From assembly GCA_035948415.1 (NCBI GenBank), contig DASZJD010000039.1, forward strand, positions 3,626-67,625: a stretch of DNA of 64,000 nucleotides. The letters are read 5' to 3'. Both the position numbers and the translations under genes were made by a program. Shown here piece by piece: positions 1 through 8,988 of this stretch. The stretch's first letter is position 1. Every line of letters begins with the position of its first letter. This stretch comes from Acidimicrobiia bacterium. GTDB taxonomy: Bacteria > Actinomycetota > Acidimicrobiia > IMCC26256 > PALSA-555. Below the pieces are notes generated by a model. The model searched no databases. It was not told the DNA's origin and saw only the letters and a list, made by a program, of their open reading frames with translations.

Positions 1-335
1 CGGGGGCGGAACTCGAAGACGGTCTCGGTGTTCCTCGTCGCCACGACCACCTGCAGCAGCGGCCGGGCCCGGCGGACGCGCTCGACGCGGAACGCCTCGT
101 AGCGCTCGCTCGTGACCAGGTCGGTCGGCCGCGGGGCGCGGCCGCGGCGGCGCTCGAAGACGAGCAGCCGCCGGTCGGTGAGCAGGAGGAGGAACTGGCG
201 TCGTCGCTGCAGCAGCAGGGGAACCCGGCGACGGAGCGACGCGGCCCAGCACGGTCCGTGCCCGACCACCCGCTCGCCCTCGGCGAGCACCTCGTGCGCG
301 GCCGCGACGATCTGCTCGAGGCTCCGGCGGGGCAT
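1..335 (-). CDS. hypothetical protein, 5' part (gene runs off the left edge)
   Basis: Absent from the ORF track because it has no stop in the window. The reverse complement of 333-335 is ATG and the frame stays open to base 1 (MPRRSLEQIVAAAHEVLAEGERVVGHGP...). Almost every codon has G/C in the third position, like the confirmed genes. Divergent from pfkA. Confidence 0.45.
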   Translation of the reverse strand, partial: MPRRSLEQIVAAAHEVLAEGERVVGHGPCWAASLRRRVPLLLQRRRQFLLLLTDRRLLVFERRRGRAPRPTDLVTSERYEAFRVERVRRARPLLQVVVATRNTETVFEFRP

Positions 336-409
336 CGCCGGGCGAGGCTACCGGTCTTCGGCGTCGGGGCCTGGCCGCGCCAGGATGGGCGGTCGAGAAG
401 GGAGCGCCC

Positions 410-1438
410 ATGCGCGTCGGCATCCTCACCGGGGGCGGTGACTGCCCCGGGCTCAACGCGGTGATCCGCGCCGTCGTGCGCAAGGGCGAGGAGGTCTACG
501 GCCACCAGCTGGTCGGGTTCCGCCACGGGTGGCGCGGCGTGCTCGACTCCGAGACGGTCGAGCTCACGGTGGGCTCGACGCGAGGCACCCTCCGTCGCGG
601 CGGCACCATCCTCGGCACCTCCCGCACCAACCCGATGCAGCACGAGGGCGGCCTCGCGGCGGTGCAGGCGACCCTGGCCCGTGAGCGCGTCGACGCGCTC
701 GTGGTGATCGGCGGCGAGGACACGCTCGGCGTCGCGGCGGCGCTCGGCTCGGAGGGCGTGGCCAGCGTCGGGGTCCCGAAGACCATCGACAACGACCTGT
801 CGGCGACGGACGTCACGTTCGGGTTCCAGACCGCGGTGCAGATCGCCACCGACGCCATCGACCGGCTCCACACCACCGCCGAGAGCCACGACCGGGTCAT
901 GGTCGCGGAGGTGATGGGACGGCACGCCGGCTGGCTCGCCCTGTGGTCCGGGCTGGCCGGCGGCGCCGACGTCATCTTGATCCCCGAGCAGCCCTTCGAC
1001 CTCGACGCTGTGTGCGAGCGGCTCCGCCACCGGCACACCCGCGGCGCCAGCTACTCGATCGTCGTGGTCGCCGAGGGCGCCCAGCCGACCGAGGGCACGA
1101 TGACGATCCAGGACGCGGGCGTCGACGAGTTCGGCCACGTCCGCCTCGGCGGCATCGCCAGCGCGCTGGCCCCGGAGATCGAGGACCGCACCGGCTACGA
1201 GACCCGGGTCACGATCCTCGGCCACGTGCTACGCGGCGGCACGCCGACCGCGTTCGACCGGATCCTCGCCACGCGCTTCGGCCTCGCGGCAATCGACGCC
1301 GTCCACGAGCAGGACTTCGGGACCATGGTGGCGCTCCGGGGCACCGACATCGTCCGGGTGCCGATCGCCGACGCCGTTCGGACGCTGAAGACCGTCCCGC
1401 CGGCCCTCCTCGCCGACGCCGCCGTCTTCTTCGGGTAG
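410..1438 (+). CDS. pfkA: 6-phosphofructokinase (PfkA family; ATP- or PPi-dependent not resolvable)
   Basis: 342-aa ORF with MRVGILTGGGDCPGLNAVIRAVV, IGGEDTLG and PKTIDNDL motifs. A gaagggag RBS lies 5 nt upstream. Confidence 0.9.
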   Translation: MRVGILTGGGDCPGLNAVIRAVVRKGEEVYGHQLVGFRHGWRGVLDSETVELTVGSTRGTLRRGGTILGTSRTNPMQHEGGLAAVQATLARERVDALVVIGGEDTLGVAAALGSEGVASVGVPKTIDNDLSATDVTFGFQTAVQIATDAIDRLHTTAESHDRVMVAEVMGRHAGWLALWSGLAGGADVILIPEQPFDLDAVCERLRHRHTRGASYSIVVVAEGAQPTEGTMTIQDAGVDEFGHVRLGGIASALAPEIEDRTGYETRVTILGHVLRGGTPTAFDRILATRFGLAAIDAVHEQDFGTMVALRGTDIVRVPIADAVRTLKTVPPALLADAAVFFG

Positions 1439-1551
1439 GCCCGGGCCTCGTCTCGGCGCCGGGACGCGGCTCCGGGCGCGCCACACTGTCGGGACGGGCA
1501 TCGCCCGTCGACGCCGACCGCGACGAGGCGACGCCGGACCCGAGGAGCACG

Positions 1552-2424
1552 ATGGGCTCAGCGCTGGACGACCTGCTCGACCTGCTCGAGCTCGAGACCC
1601 TCGAGGTCAACCTGTTCCGGGGGCTGAGCCCCGACGAGGACCGCCAGCGGGTGTTCGGCGGTCAGGTCGCGGCGCAGGCGCTCGTCGCCGCCGGCCGCAC
1701 CGTCGAATCGGGTCGGCCCGTGCACTCGCTCCACGCCTACTTCCTGCGGCCCGGCGACCCCACGATCCCCATCGTGTACGAGGTCGACCGGATCCGCGAC
1801 GGGCACTCGTTCACGACCCGACGGGTGGTCGCGATCCAGCACGGCCGGGCGATCTTCAACCTCCAGGCCTCGTTCCAGATCGTCGAGGCCGGCCCCGACC
1901 ACTCGGCCGAGATGCCGGCCGTCCCGGACCCCGAGGAGCTCCCGACCTTCCGCGAGCGCGTCGAGGGCTCCCTCGACCGCTTCGGGCCGGCGGCGACCGA
2001 GTGGCTCGTCCGCGAGCGACCGATCGAATCCCGGCCCGTCGACGACCCCCACTGGCTGGCGCCCTCGCCCCGGCAGCCGGCCCAGGACGTCTGGATCCGC
2101 GCCAACGGGACGCTGCCCGACGACCCGCTCGTCCACGCCTGCGTCGTGGCGTACGCGTCCGACCTCACGCTGCTCGACACGGCCACGCTGCCGCACGCGA
2201 TCTCCTACGACGGCAACTTCATGATGGCGAGCCTCGACCACGCCATGTGGTTCCACCGGCCGTTCCGCGCCGACGAGTGGCTCCTCTACCACCAGCTCAG
2301 CCCGTCGGCGGCGGGAGCCCGCGGGCTCGCGCTCGGTCACGTCTTCCGGCGCGACGGCGACCTCGTGGTCACGGTGGCCCAAGAGGGCCTCATCCGACCG
2401 GTGCGCGACACCGAGCGGTCGTGA
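1552..2424 (+). CDS. tesB: acyl-CoA thioesterase II
   Basis: In-frame ATG at 1552 inside track ORF 943..2424; the upstream Arg/Pro-rich part is a shadow frame over pfk[25 protein letters not shown]...[12 protein letters not shown] fits the double hot-dog TesB pattern. Confidence 0.85.
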   Translation: MGSALDDLLDLLELETLEVNLFRGLSPDEDRQRVFGGQVAAQALVAAGRTVESGRPVHSLHAYFLRPGDPTIPIVYEVDRIRDGHSFTTRRVVAIQHGRAIFNLQASFQIVEAGPDHSAEMPAVPDPEELPTFRERVEGSLDRFGPAATEWLVRERPIESRPVDDPHWLAPSPRQPAQDVWIRANGTLPDDPLVHACVVAYASDLTLLDTATLPHAISYDGNFMMASLDHAMWFHRPFRADEWLLYHQLSPSAAGARGLALGHVFRRDGDLVVTVAQEGLIRPVRDTERS

Positions 2425-2425
2425 G

Positions 2426-3469
2426 GTGACCAGCCCCGACGGGCGCGTCGACCTGCGCTCCGACACCGTCACCACGCCCACCCCCGAGATGCGGCGGGCC
2501 ATGGCCGCCGCCGACGTCGGGGACGACGCCTACGGCGAGGACCCGACGGTGAACCGGCTCGAGGCGCTCGCCGCCGACCGGCTCGGCACCGACGCGGCGT
2601 TGTACGTCACGTCCGGGACCCTCGCCAACCAGCTGGCGCTGCGGGTGCTCGGCCGACCCGGCACCGAGGTGCTGTGCGGCGAGCGCGCCCACGTCTACCG
2701 CTACGAGCACGCCGCCGCGGCCGGGAACGCCGGCGTGCAGCTGCGCCCCGTCCCCGACCCCGACGGGCGGTTCGGCGACGCCGCCGTGACGCGGGCCGTG
2801 CAGGACGCCGGCGCGCACCTCCCGCCGCTCTCCGCCGTCGCGATCGAGAACCCGCACATGCCGGCCAGCGGCCGGCCGTGGTCCCCGGCCGAGGTGGCGG
2901 CGGTCGCCGCGGCCGCCCACGGGCACGGGCTCCCGGTCCACTGCGACGGCGCCCGCATCTGGAACGCCGCCGTCGCCACGGGCGTCGCGCCCCGAGACCT
3001 GGGCGCGCCCGTCGACACGGTCATGTTCTGCCTCTCGAAGGGGCTGGCGGCGCCCATCGGCTCGGTGCTCTGCGGCTCCCGCGCCGCGATCGGCGCCGCG
3101 CGGGAGGAGCGGGCCCGTCTCGGCGGCGCCTGGCGCCAGGCCGGGGTGATCGCCGCGGCCGGGATCGTCGCGCTCGAGACGATGGTCGAGCGGCTCGCCG
3201 ACGACCACGCGCGCGCCCGACGACTCGCCGACGCGCTCGCGGCCCGGTTCCCAGGCAGCGTCGAGCCCCAGCACGTCCGGACCAACATCGTGTGCGCGTC
3301 CGCCGACCATCTGCCGCCGCGGCTGGTGGAGCGGCTCGACGTCGAGGGCGTGCGCTGCGGCATGATCGACGGCCGCACCGTACGCTTCGTGACGCACAAG
3401 GACGTCGACGACCACGACGTCGACCGCACCGTCGCCGCCCTCGACGTGATCCGCAAGGAGGACGCATGA
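2426..3469 (+). CDS. ltaE: low-specificity L-threonine aldolase
   Basis: [36 protein letters not shown] and later PLP-fold blocks typical of threonine aldolase. GTG start 1 nt after the tesB stop. Confidence 0.85.
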   Translation: MTSPDGRVDLRSDTVTTPTPEMRRAMAAADVGDDAYGEDPTVNRLEALAADRLGTDAALYVTSGTLANQLALRVLGRPGTEVLCGERAHVYRYEHAAAAGNAGVQLRPVPDPDGRFGDAAVTRAVQDAGAHLPPLSAVAIENPHMPASGRPWSPAEVAAVAAAAHGHGLPVHCDGARIWNAAVATGVAPRDLGAPVDTVMFCLSKGLAAPIGSVLCGSRAAIGAAREERARLGGAWRQAGVIAAAGIVALETMVERLADDHARARRLADALAARFPGSVEPQHVRTNIVCASADHLPPRLVERLDVEGVRCGMIDGRTVRFVTHKDVDDHDVDRTVAALDVIRKEDA

Positions 3470-4263
3470 GCCGGGTACTCATCACGGGCTGCTCGACCGG
3501 GTTCGGTCGGGCCGCCGCGGTCGAGCTGACGAAGCGCGGTCACGAGGTGGTCGCGACGGCACGACGGCCCGAGACCCTGGACGACCTCGACGTGGCGTCA
3601 CGCCTCGCGCTCGACGTCGACGACCCGACGTCGGTGCGGGCCGCCGTCGACGCCGCCGGCCCGGTCGACGCGCTCGTCAACAACGCCGGGTTCGGCGTGG
3701 CCGGGCCGGTCGAGACGGTGTCGCTCGACGCCGCCCGGCGCTGCATGGAGACGAACCTCTTCGGCGCCGCCCGCATGATCCAGGCCGTGCTGCCGGGCCT
3801 GCGGGCCCGCGGCGGCGGCACGATCGTGAACGTGTCGTCGGCCGCGGGACGGGTCGGCGCGCCGCTCGACGGCTTCTACTCGGCGACGAAGTGGGCGCTC
3901 GAGGGGCTCTCCGAGTCGTTGCACTTCGAGGTCTCCCACTTCGGGATCCGGGTGCGGATCGTCGAGCCGGGCGCGTTCGAGACCGCGTTCGACGGCAACG
4001 CGGTGCGAGGGGGGATCGAGGGCACCCCGTACGAGGAGCTCGACCGCCAGTGGGAGGCGGCGCGCCCCGCGCTGATCGGCGACGGGCCGCCGCCCACGGC
4101 CGAGCTGGTGGCGAGCGTCATCGCCGACGCCATCGAGAGCACCGCGCCGCGGCTGCGCTGGCTCGTCGGCCCGGACGCCGAGCTGGCGATCGGCGCGAAG
4201 GACTCGATGCCGTTCGAGGACTTCGAGTCGAGCATGCGGAACTTGCTCGGCGTCACGTGGTGA
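3466..4263 (+). CDS. short-chain dehydrogenase/reductase
   Basis: ATG 3466 overlaps the ltaE stop (ATGA). [13 protein letters not shown] Rossmann motif, NNAG, and catalytic YSATK (Tyr-x3-Lys). Confidence 0.85.
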   Translation: MSRVLITGCSTGFGRAAAVELTKRGHEVVATARRPETLDDLDVASRLALDVDDPTSVRAAVDAAGPVDALVNNAGFGVAGPVETVSLDAARRCMETNLFGAARMIQAVLPGLRARGGGTIVNVSSAAGRVGAPLDGFYSATKWALEGLSESLHFEVSHFGIRVRIVEPGAFETAFDGNAVRGGIEGTPYEELDRQWEAARPALIGDGPPPTAELVASVIADAIESTAPRLRWLVGPDAELAIGAKDSMPFEDFESSMRNLLGVTW

Positions 4264-4979
4264 TCCCGCTCGTCGACGACATCCCGAGCCGCGTCCTCGC
4301 GATCTTCGCCCACCCCGACGACCCCGAGATCGCGGCCGGGGGGACGCTGGCCCGGTGGGCGGCCGCCGGCGCCGCGGTGTGGGTGCTCATCACCACCCGC
4401 GGCGACAAGGGCTCCGACGACCCGCGCGCCGACCGCGACGCGCTGGCCCGTCGACGGGTCGAGGAGACGGCGGCGGCCAGCGAGCTGCTCGGGTTCGCCG
4501 GTCACCTGCACCTCGAGTACCCGGACGGCGAGCTCCCCGACGACCTCGACCTGCGCGCCGCGATCGTGCGGCGAGTGCGGGAGCTCCGGCCCGAGGTCGT
4601 CGTGTGCCCGGACCCGACCGCGGTGTTCTTCGGCGACTCCTACTTCAACCACCGGGACCACCGCGTCACCGGATGGGCCGCGCTCGACGCCGTCGCCCCC
4701 GCCTCCGGCAACCCGCACTACTTCGCGGACCAGATCGAGGCCGGTCTCGCCGTGCACCGCGTGGGGGCGGTGTACCTGTCCGGCACGATGGAGCCGAACT
4801 GCTGGGTCGACATCAGCGACGTCCTCGAGCGCAAGGTCGACGCGCTGTTCTGCCACGCCAGCCAGCTCACCCAGACGGGGGAGTGGTTCCGGGAGTTCCT
4901 GCGCGAGCGGGCCGAGGAGGCGGGCCGGGCCGCGGGCGTCCGGTACGCGGAGGGGTTCCGGCGCCTGGCGCTGCTGTGA
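4257..4979 (+). CDS. PIG-L/LmbE family deacetylase (MshB/Mca-like)
   Basis: AIFAHPDDPEIAAGGT and HRDH zinc-deacetylase motifs. GTG at 4257 or 4260 overlaps the SDR stop. The upstream part of track ORF 3891..4979 is a shadow frame. Confidence 0.8.
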   Translation: MVIPLVDDIPSRVLAIFAHPDDPEIAAGGTLARWAAAGAAVWVLITTRGDKGSDDPRADRDALARRRVEETAAASELLGFAGHLHLEYPDGELPDDLDLRAAIVRRVRELRPEVVVCPDPTAVFFGDSYFNHRDHRVTGWAALDAVAPASGNPHYFADQIEAGLAVHRVGAVYLSGTMEPNCWVDISDVLERKVDALFCHASQLTQTGEWFREFLRERAEEAGRAAGVRYAEGFRRLALL

Positions 4980-5255
4980 CTACGGGCGCGGTCGGCGCTT
5001 CCACTCGGCCATCGCCCGCAGCACCAGCACGGCGATGATCCCGACGCCCACGGCGCCACCGGCGGCGCCGACGAGCGTCCCGAGCAGCCTCGGGGTGCTG
5101 TCGGTGCCGGTCGCGCCGACGTCGACGATCCCGTAGCCGATGATCCCGCCGAACACGCCGGCGAGGACGACGCTGCCGAACGCGAGGAGGTACGCGGCGC
5201 GCGACGGCAGCCCCGCCGGCAGACCGCCCGATCCGGCGCCGTTCTCGCCTGGCAC
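4980..5255 (-). CDS. small membrane protein (two predicted TM helices)
   Basis: C-terminal 91 aa of track ORF 4980..5753, starting at GTG (reverse complement of 5253-5255). Hydrophobic LLAFGSVVLAGVFGGIIGYGIV and LVGAAGGAVGVGIIAVLVL segments, then a basic tail. The rest of the track ORF is antisense to the Nudix gene. Confidence 0.4.
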   Translation of the reverse strand: MPGENGAGSGGLPAGLPSRAAYLLAFGSVVLAGVFGGIIGYGIVDVGATGTDSTPRLLGTLVGAAGGAVGVGIIAVLVLRAMAEWKRRPRP

Positions 5256-5297
5256 GCCCCGATGGTACGGCCGAGGCGCGCCGATAGGCTGCTCGCG

Positions 5298-5807
5298 ATG
5301 CGCGAGTGGCTGGTCGCCGGCGCGCTCGTCGAGGTGGACGACGCGCTGCTCCTCGTCCGCAACGAGCGCCGTGGCGGCTACTCGGACTGGTCGACGCCGG
5401 GCGGGGTGATCGACGCCGACGACGGATCGGTGCTCGAGGGCCTGACCCGCGAGGTCGAGGAGGAGACCGGGCTGCGCGTGACCGCCTGGGAGGGACCCCT
5501 CTACGAGGTGCGGGCGGTCGCCGTGGACATGGGGTGGCGGATGCGCGCCGAGGTCTACCGGGCGCTGCGCTTCGAGGGCGAGGTGCGCGTCGCCGACCCC
5601 GACGGGATCGTGGTCGAGGCCGCCTTCGTCGACACGCCCACGTGCGCGGCCCGCCTCGCCGACGGCGCGCTCTGGGTGCGGGAGCCGCTGGCCGAGTGGA
5701 TCGCCGAGCGGTGGGGGCCCGAGGCCGTGCGCGGCTACACCTACGACGTCCACGGGACCCGACGCGAGGACCTCGCGGTCGTGCGGACGTCGCCCGCCGC
5801 CGGGTGA
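5298..5807 (+). CDS. NUDIX hydrolase
   Basis: Nudix box ...GGVIDADDGSVLEGLTREVEEETGL. ATG 5298 preferred over GTG 5262, which would leave only 6 nt before the divergent gene. Confidence 0.8.
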   Translation: MREWLVAGALVEVDDALLLVRNERRGGYSDWSTPGGVIDADDGSVLEGLTREVEEETGLRVTAWEGPLYEVRAVAVDMGWRMRAEVYRALRFEGEVRVADPDGIVVEAAFVDTPTCAARLADGALWVREPLAEWIAERWGPEAVRGYTYDVHGTRREDLAVVRTSPAAG

Positions 5808-7003
5808 CCGACGGCGCGGCCGCCGCCGCCATCCTCCACGTCGACCTCGACGCCTTCTACGCCGCCGTCGAGCAGCGCGACGACCCGTCGCTGCGGGGCC
5901 GACCGGTGATCGTCGGTGGCCTCGGCCGTCGCGGCGTGGTGGCGGCCGCCAGCTACGAGGCCCGCCGGTTCGGCGTCCACTCGGCGATGCCGACCGGCCG
6001 GGCCCGCCGCGCCTGTCCGGACGGGGTGTTCCTCGCGCCCCGCTTCGACCGCTACGGCGACGCCAGCCGCAGCGTCATGACGATCCTCCGCTCCTACACG
6101 CCGCTCGTGGAGCCGATCTCGCTCGACGAGGCGTTCCTCGACGCCCGGGGCGCGAGCCGGCTGCACGGCACCGGCCCGGCGATCGGTGCCGCGATCCGCG
6201 CCCGGGTACGCGACGAGACCGGCCTCACGGCGTCGGTCGGCGTCGGCACCACGAAGCTCGTGGCGAAGCTCGCCAGCGAGCTGGCCAAGCCCGACGGGCT
6301 GCTGCTCGTCGAGCCGGGCACCGAGGCCGCGTTCCTCGCTCCCCTCGACGTCCGCCGTCTCTGGGGCGTCGGCCCGGCCACCGAGCGGCGGCTGGCGCGG
6401 CTCGGCGTGCGCACGGTCGGCGACCTCACCGCGCTCCCGGTCGCCGCCCTCGAGGGCGCGCTCGGACGCGCGCACGGCGCCCACCTGGCCGCCCTCGCCC
6501 GCAACGACGACGACCGGCCGGTCGAGCCGGCGCGTCCCGTCAAGTCCATCGGCCACGAGGAGACCTTTGCCACCGACGTCACCGACCGTGCCGCGCTCGA
6601 ACGCGACCTGCTGCGGTTCGCCGAGCGCGTCGCGACCCGGCTGCGCGAGTCCCGGCTCCTGGCCCGCACCGTCCAGCTGAAGGCCCGCTACGGCGACTTC
6701 CGGACCATCACGCGGTCGCGCACGATGAGCGAGCCGACCGAGCTCGCCGAGGAGCTCGTGCGCGTCGGGCGGCAGCTGCTCGACGACGTCGACGTGCGCC
6801 CGGGATTGCGGCTGCTCGGGCTGTCGGCGCAGCAGCTCGTCTCGCTCGGCGAGGCGCAGGCCCGCCTGCCGCTCGACGCGCCGGCGGCGCTCGAGCGCGA
6901 CCGCCGCGGCGACCTCGAGCGCACGGTCGAGGACCTGCGCCGACGGTTCGGCGACGACGCCGTCACGCGCGCCGTGCCACCGCCGACCGCCCCCCGCCGG
7001 TGA
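5804..7003 (+). CDS. dinB: DNA polymerase IV (Y-family)
   Basis: GTG 5804 overlaps the Nudix stop (GTGA). ILHVDLDAFYAAVEQRDDPSLRGRPVIVGG and ISLDEAFLD catalytic motifs. Confidence 0.9.
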   Translation: MTDGAAAAAILHVDLDAFYAAVEQRDDPSLRGRPVIVGGLGRRGVVAAASYEARRFGVHSAMPTGRARRACPDGVFLAPRFDRYGDASRSVMTILRSYTPLVEPISLDEAFLDARGASRLHGTGPAIGAAIRARVRDETGLTASVGVGTTKLVAKLASELAKPDGLLLVEPGTEAAFLAPLDVRRLWGVGPATERRLARLGVRTVGDLTALPVAALEGALGRAHGAHLAALARNDDDRPVEPARPVKSIGHEETFATDVTDRAALERDLLRFAERVATRLRESRLLARTVQLKARYGDFRTITRSRTMSEPTELAEELVRVGRQLLDDVDVRPGLRLLGLSAQQLVSLGEAQARLPLDAPAALERDRRGDLERTVEDLRRRFGDDAVTRAVPPPTAPRR

Positions 7004-8058
7004 CGACCCGCGTCGGGCTCGTCGGCTGCGGGCTCATCGGCTTCGTCCACTCGTACACGCTGCGGCTGCTCGGGCGGAGCCGGGTCGTGGACGCGGCGGT
7101 CACGGCCACCTACGACCGGCGGCCGGAGCGCGCCGCCGCGTTCGCCGCCGCCCACGACGCCGTCGCCTGCGCCGACCTCGCCTCGCTCGTGGACCAGGTC
7201 GACGCGGTGTGGGTGTGCACGTGGACCGCGGCGCACCTCGAGGCGGTCGCCGCCGCGGCCGAACGGGGCCGGGCCGTGTTCTGCGAGAAGCCCCTCGCCC
7301 CGACCCTCGCCGAGTGCGAGGAGGTGGCCCGCCTCCTCGCCACCGTTCCCCACCAGGTCGGGCTGGTCCTGCGCTCGGCGCCGGTGTTCGTCGCCCTGAA
7401 GGCCGCGGTCGAGAGCGGGGAGCACGGGGCGCCGCTGACGATCCTGTTCCGCGATGACCAGTACTTCCCCATCCAGGGGCTCTACGGGTCGGACTGGCGG
7501 GCCGACGCGCGGAGAGCGGGCGCCGGCACGCTCCTCGAGCACTCGATCCACGACGTCGACATCCTCCGCTGGCTGCTCGGCGACCCCGACCACGTGCAAG
7601 CCGCGGTGCGGTCGCGGTTCGGGCACCCGGGAATCGACGACGTCGCCGCGGTCCTGTGCACGTACCCGGACGGGGCGGTGGCGACGCTGACCGGCGTGTG
7701 GCACCAGGTCCTCACCCGGGGCTCGGGCCGACGCGTCGAGGTGTTCTGCGAGCGGGCGCTGCTCTGGCTCGACGACGACTTCACCGGGCCGCTCCACGTC
7801 GAGACGTCGGACGGCGCGACCACGATCACGACCGACCCGCCGTCCTGGGTCGAGCGGCTCGACGCGCCCCCGGTGCTGGCGCGGGCGGTCGCCGAGTACG
7901 CCCCCGCCAGCAAGGCCTTCCTCGACGCTCTGGCCGCCGGGGCGGCGGAGGCGCCCGGGCCGGACGCGGCGACGGCGCTCGCCGCGCACCGAATCGTGGA
8001 CGCCGCCTATCGGTCCGCCGCCGCCGGGGGGGAAGCAACCGCACCCCTAGCGCGTTGA
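7000..8058 (+). CDS. Gfo/Idh/MocA family oxidoreductase
   Basis: GTG overlaps the dinB stop (GTGA). N-terminal VGLVGCGLIGFVH Rossmann fold and the EKPLA motif. Confidence 0.8.
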   Translation: MTTRVGLVGCGLIGFVHSYTLRLLGRSRVVDAAVTATYDRRPERAAAFAAAHDAVACADLASLVDQVDAVWVCTWTAAHLEAVAAAAERGRAVFCEKPLAPTLAECEEVARLLATVPHQVGLVLRSAPVFVALKAAVESGEHGAPLTILFRDDQYFPIQGLYGSDWRADARRAGAGTLLEHSIHDVDILRWLLGDPDHVQAAVRSRFGHPGIDDVAAVLCTYPDGAVATLTGVWHQVLTRGSGRRVEVFCERALLWLDDDFTGPLHVETSDGATTITTDPPSWVERLDAPPVLARAVAEYAPASKAFLDALAAGAAEAPGPDAATALAAHRIVDAAYRSAAAGGEATAPLAR

Positions 8059-8148
8059 TGGGGTGGGGGGCCTGCGCGACAATGACGATGGCGCCCCCGG
8101 GAGCGGTTCTCGCGACCGAAGCCAGCACCAAGGAGCCCCGTCCAGGTC

Positions 8149-8532
8149 ATGCCGCTATCTGAAGACGAGCAGCGGATCCTGAAGGACATCGAGGCCAACC
8201 TCTCGGTCACCGACCCGAAGCTGGTCCAGCAGGTCTCCGACACCACCCTCTACCGGCACGCCACCCGGATGATCAAGTGGGCCGTGGTCGGGTTCGTCGC
8301 CGGCCTCGTGGTGCTCCTCACCACCTTCACGAGCGTGCTCGCCCTCGGCGTCGTCGGCTTCCTCATCATGCTGTTCTGCCTCCTCGTCATCGAGCGCAAC
8401 GTCCGCAAGATCGGCCGGGCCGGCCTCGAGAGCCTCACCGGCTCCCTCCGCGGGGGCGCACTGAAGGGCCTCTTCGGCGAGACCGGCCGTCGGTGGCGGG
8501 AACGCTGGCGGCGCGACGACGACTCGTCCTGA
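8149..8532 (+). CDS. DUF3040-like membrane protein
   Basis: MPLSEDEQRILKDIE N-terminus followed by two hydrophobic helices. AAGGAG lies 12 nt upstream. Confidence 0.7.
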   Translation: MPLSEDEQRILKDIEANLSVTDPKLVQQVSDTTLYRHATRMIKWAVVGFVAGLVVLLTTFTSVLALGVVGFLIMLFCLLVIERNVRKIGRAGLESLTGSLRGGALKGLFGETGRRWRERWRRDDDSS

Positions 8533-8544
8533 CGACCCGAACGG

Positions 8545-8988
8545 ATGGGCTTTACCGCCCCGCAGGCGGCGCGGCTGACGGGATGCGCCCCGGCCCAGCT
8601 CGAGTACTGGCAGCGCTGCGGGCTCGTGGTGGCGCGCCCCCAGGACCCGGACGGCCCGTACTCGTTCCGTGACCTCGTGGCGCTCCGCGTCGTGCGGTCG
8701 CTCCTCGACGCCGGGCTGCCGCTGGCGCGGATCCGACGCGCCGTCGCGGCGCTCGTCGAGGCGGGGGAGGACGTCGCCGGGCTGCGCATGGTCACCGACG
8801 GCGAGCACGTCTGGGCCTGCCGCGACGACGGCCAGATCCTCGACGCCCTTCGACACGGCCAGCTCGCCCTCTTCGTCGCCATCGACCGCATGGCCGCCGA
8901 GGTCGACGCCGAGGTCCGCGCCTTCGCCCACGACCGTCAGTCGTTCGTGGACGGGCTCCGCCGCGACCACCCCGCCGGCTCCGGCTGA
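8545..8988 (+). CDS. MerR family transcriptional regulator
   Basis: N-terminal helix-turn-helix FTAPQAARLTGCAPAQLEYWQRCGLV...YSFRDLVALRVV. Confidence 0.75.
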   Translation: MGFTAPQAARLTGCAPAQLEYWQRCGLVVARPQDPDGPYSFRDLVALRVVRSLLDAGLPLARIRRAVAALVEAGEDVAGLRMVTDGEHVWACRDDGQILDALRHGQLALFVAIDRMAAEVDAEVRAFAHDRQSFVDGLRRDHPAGSG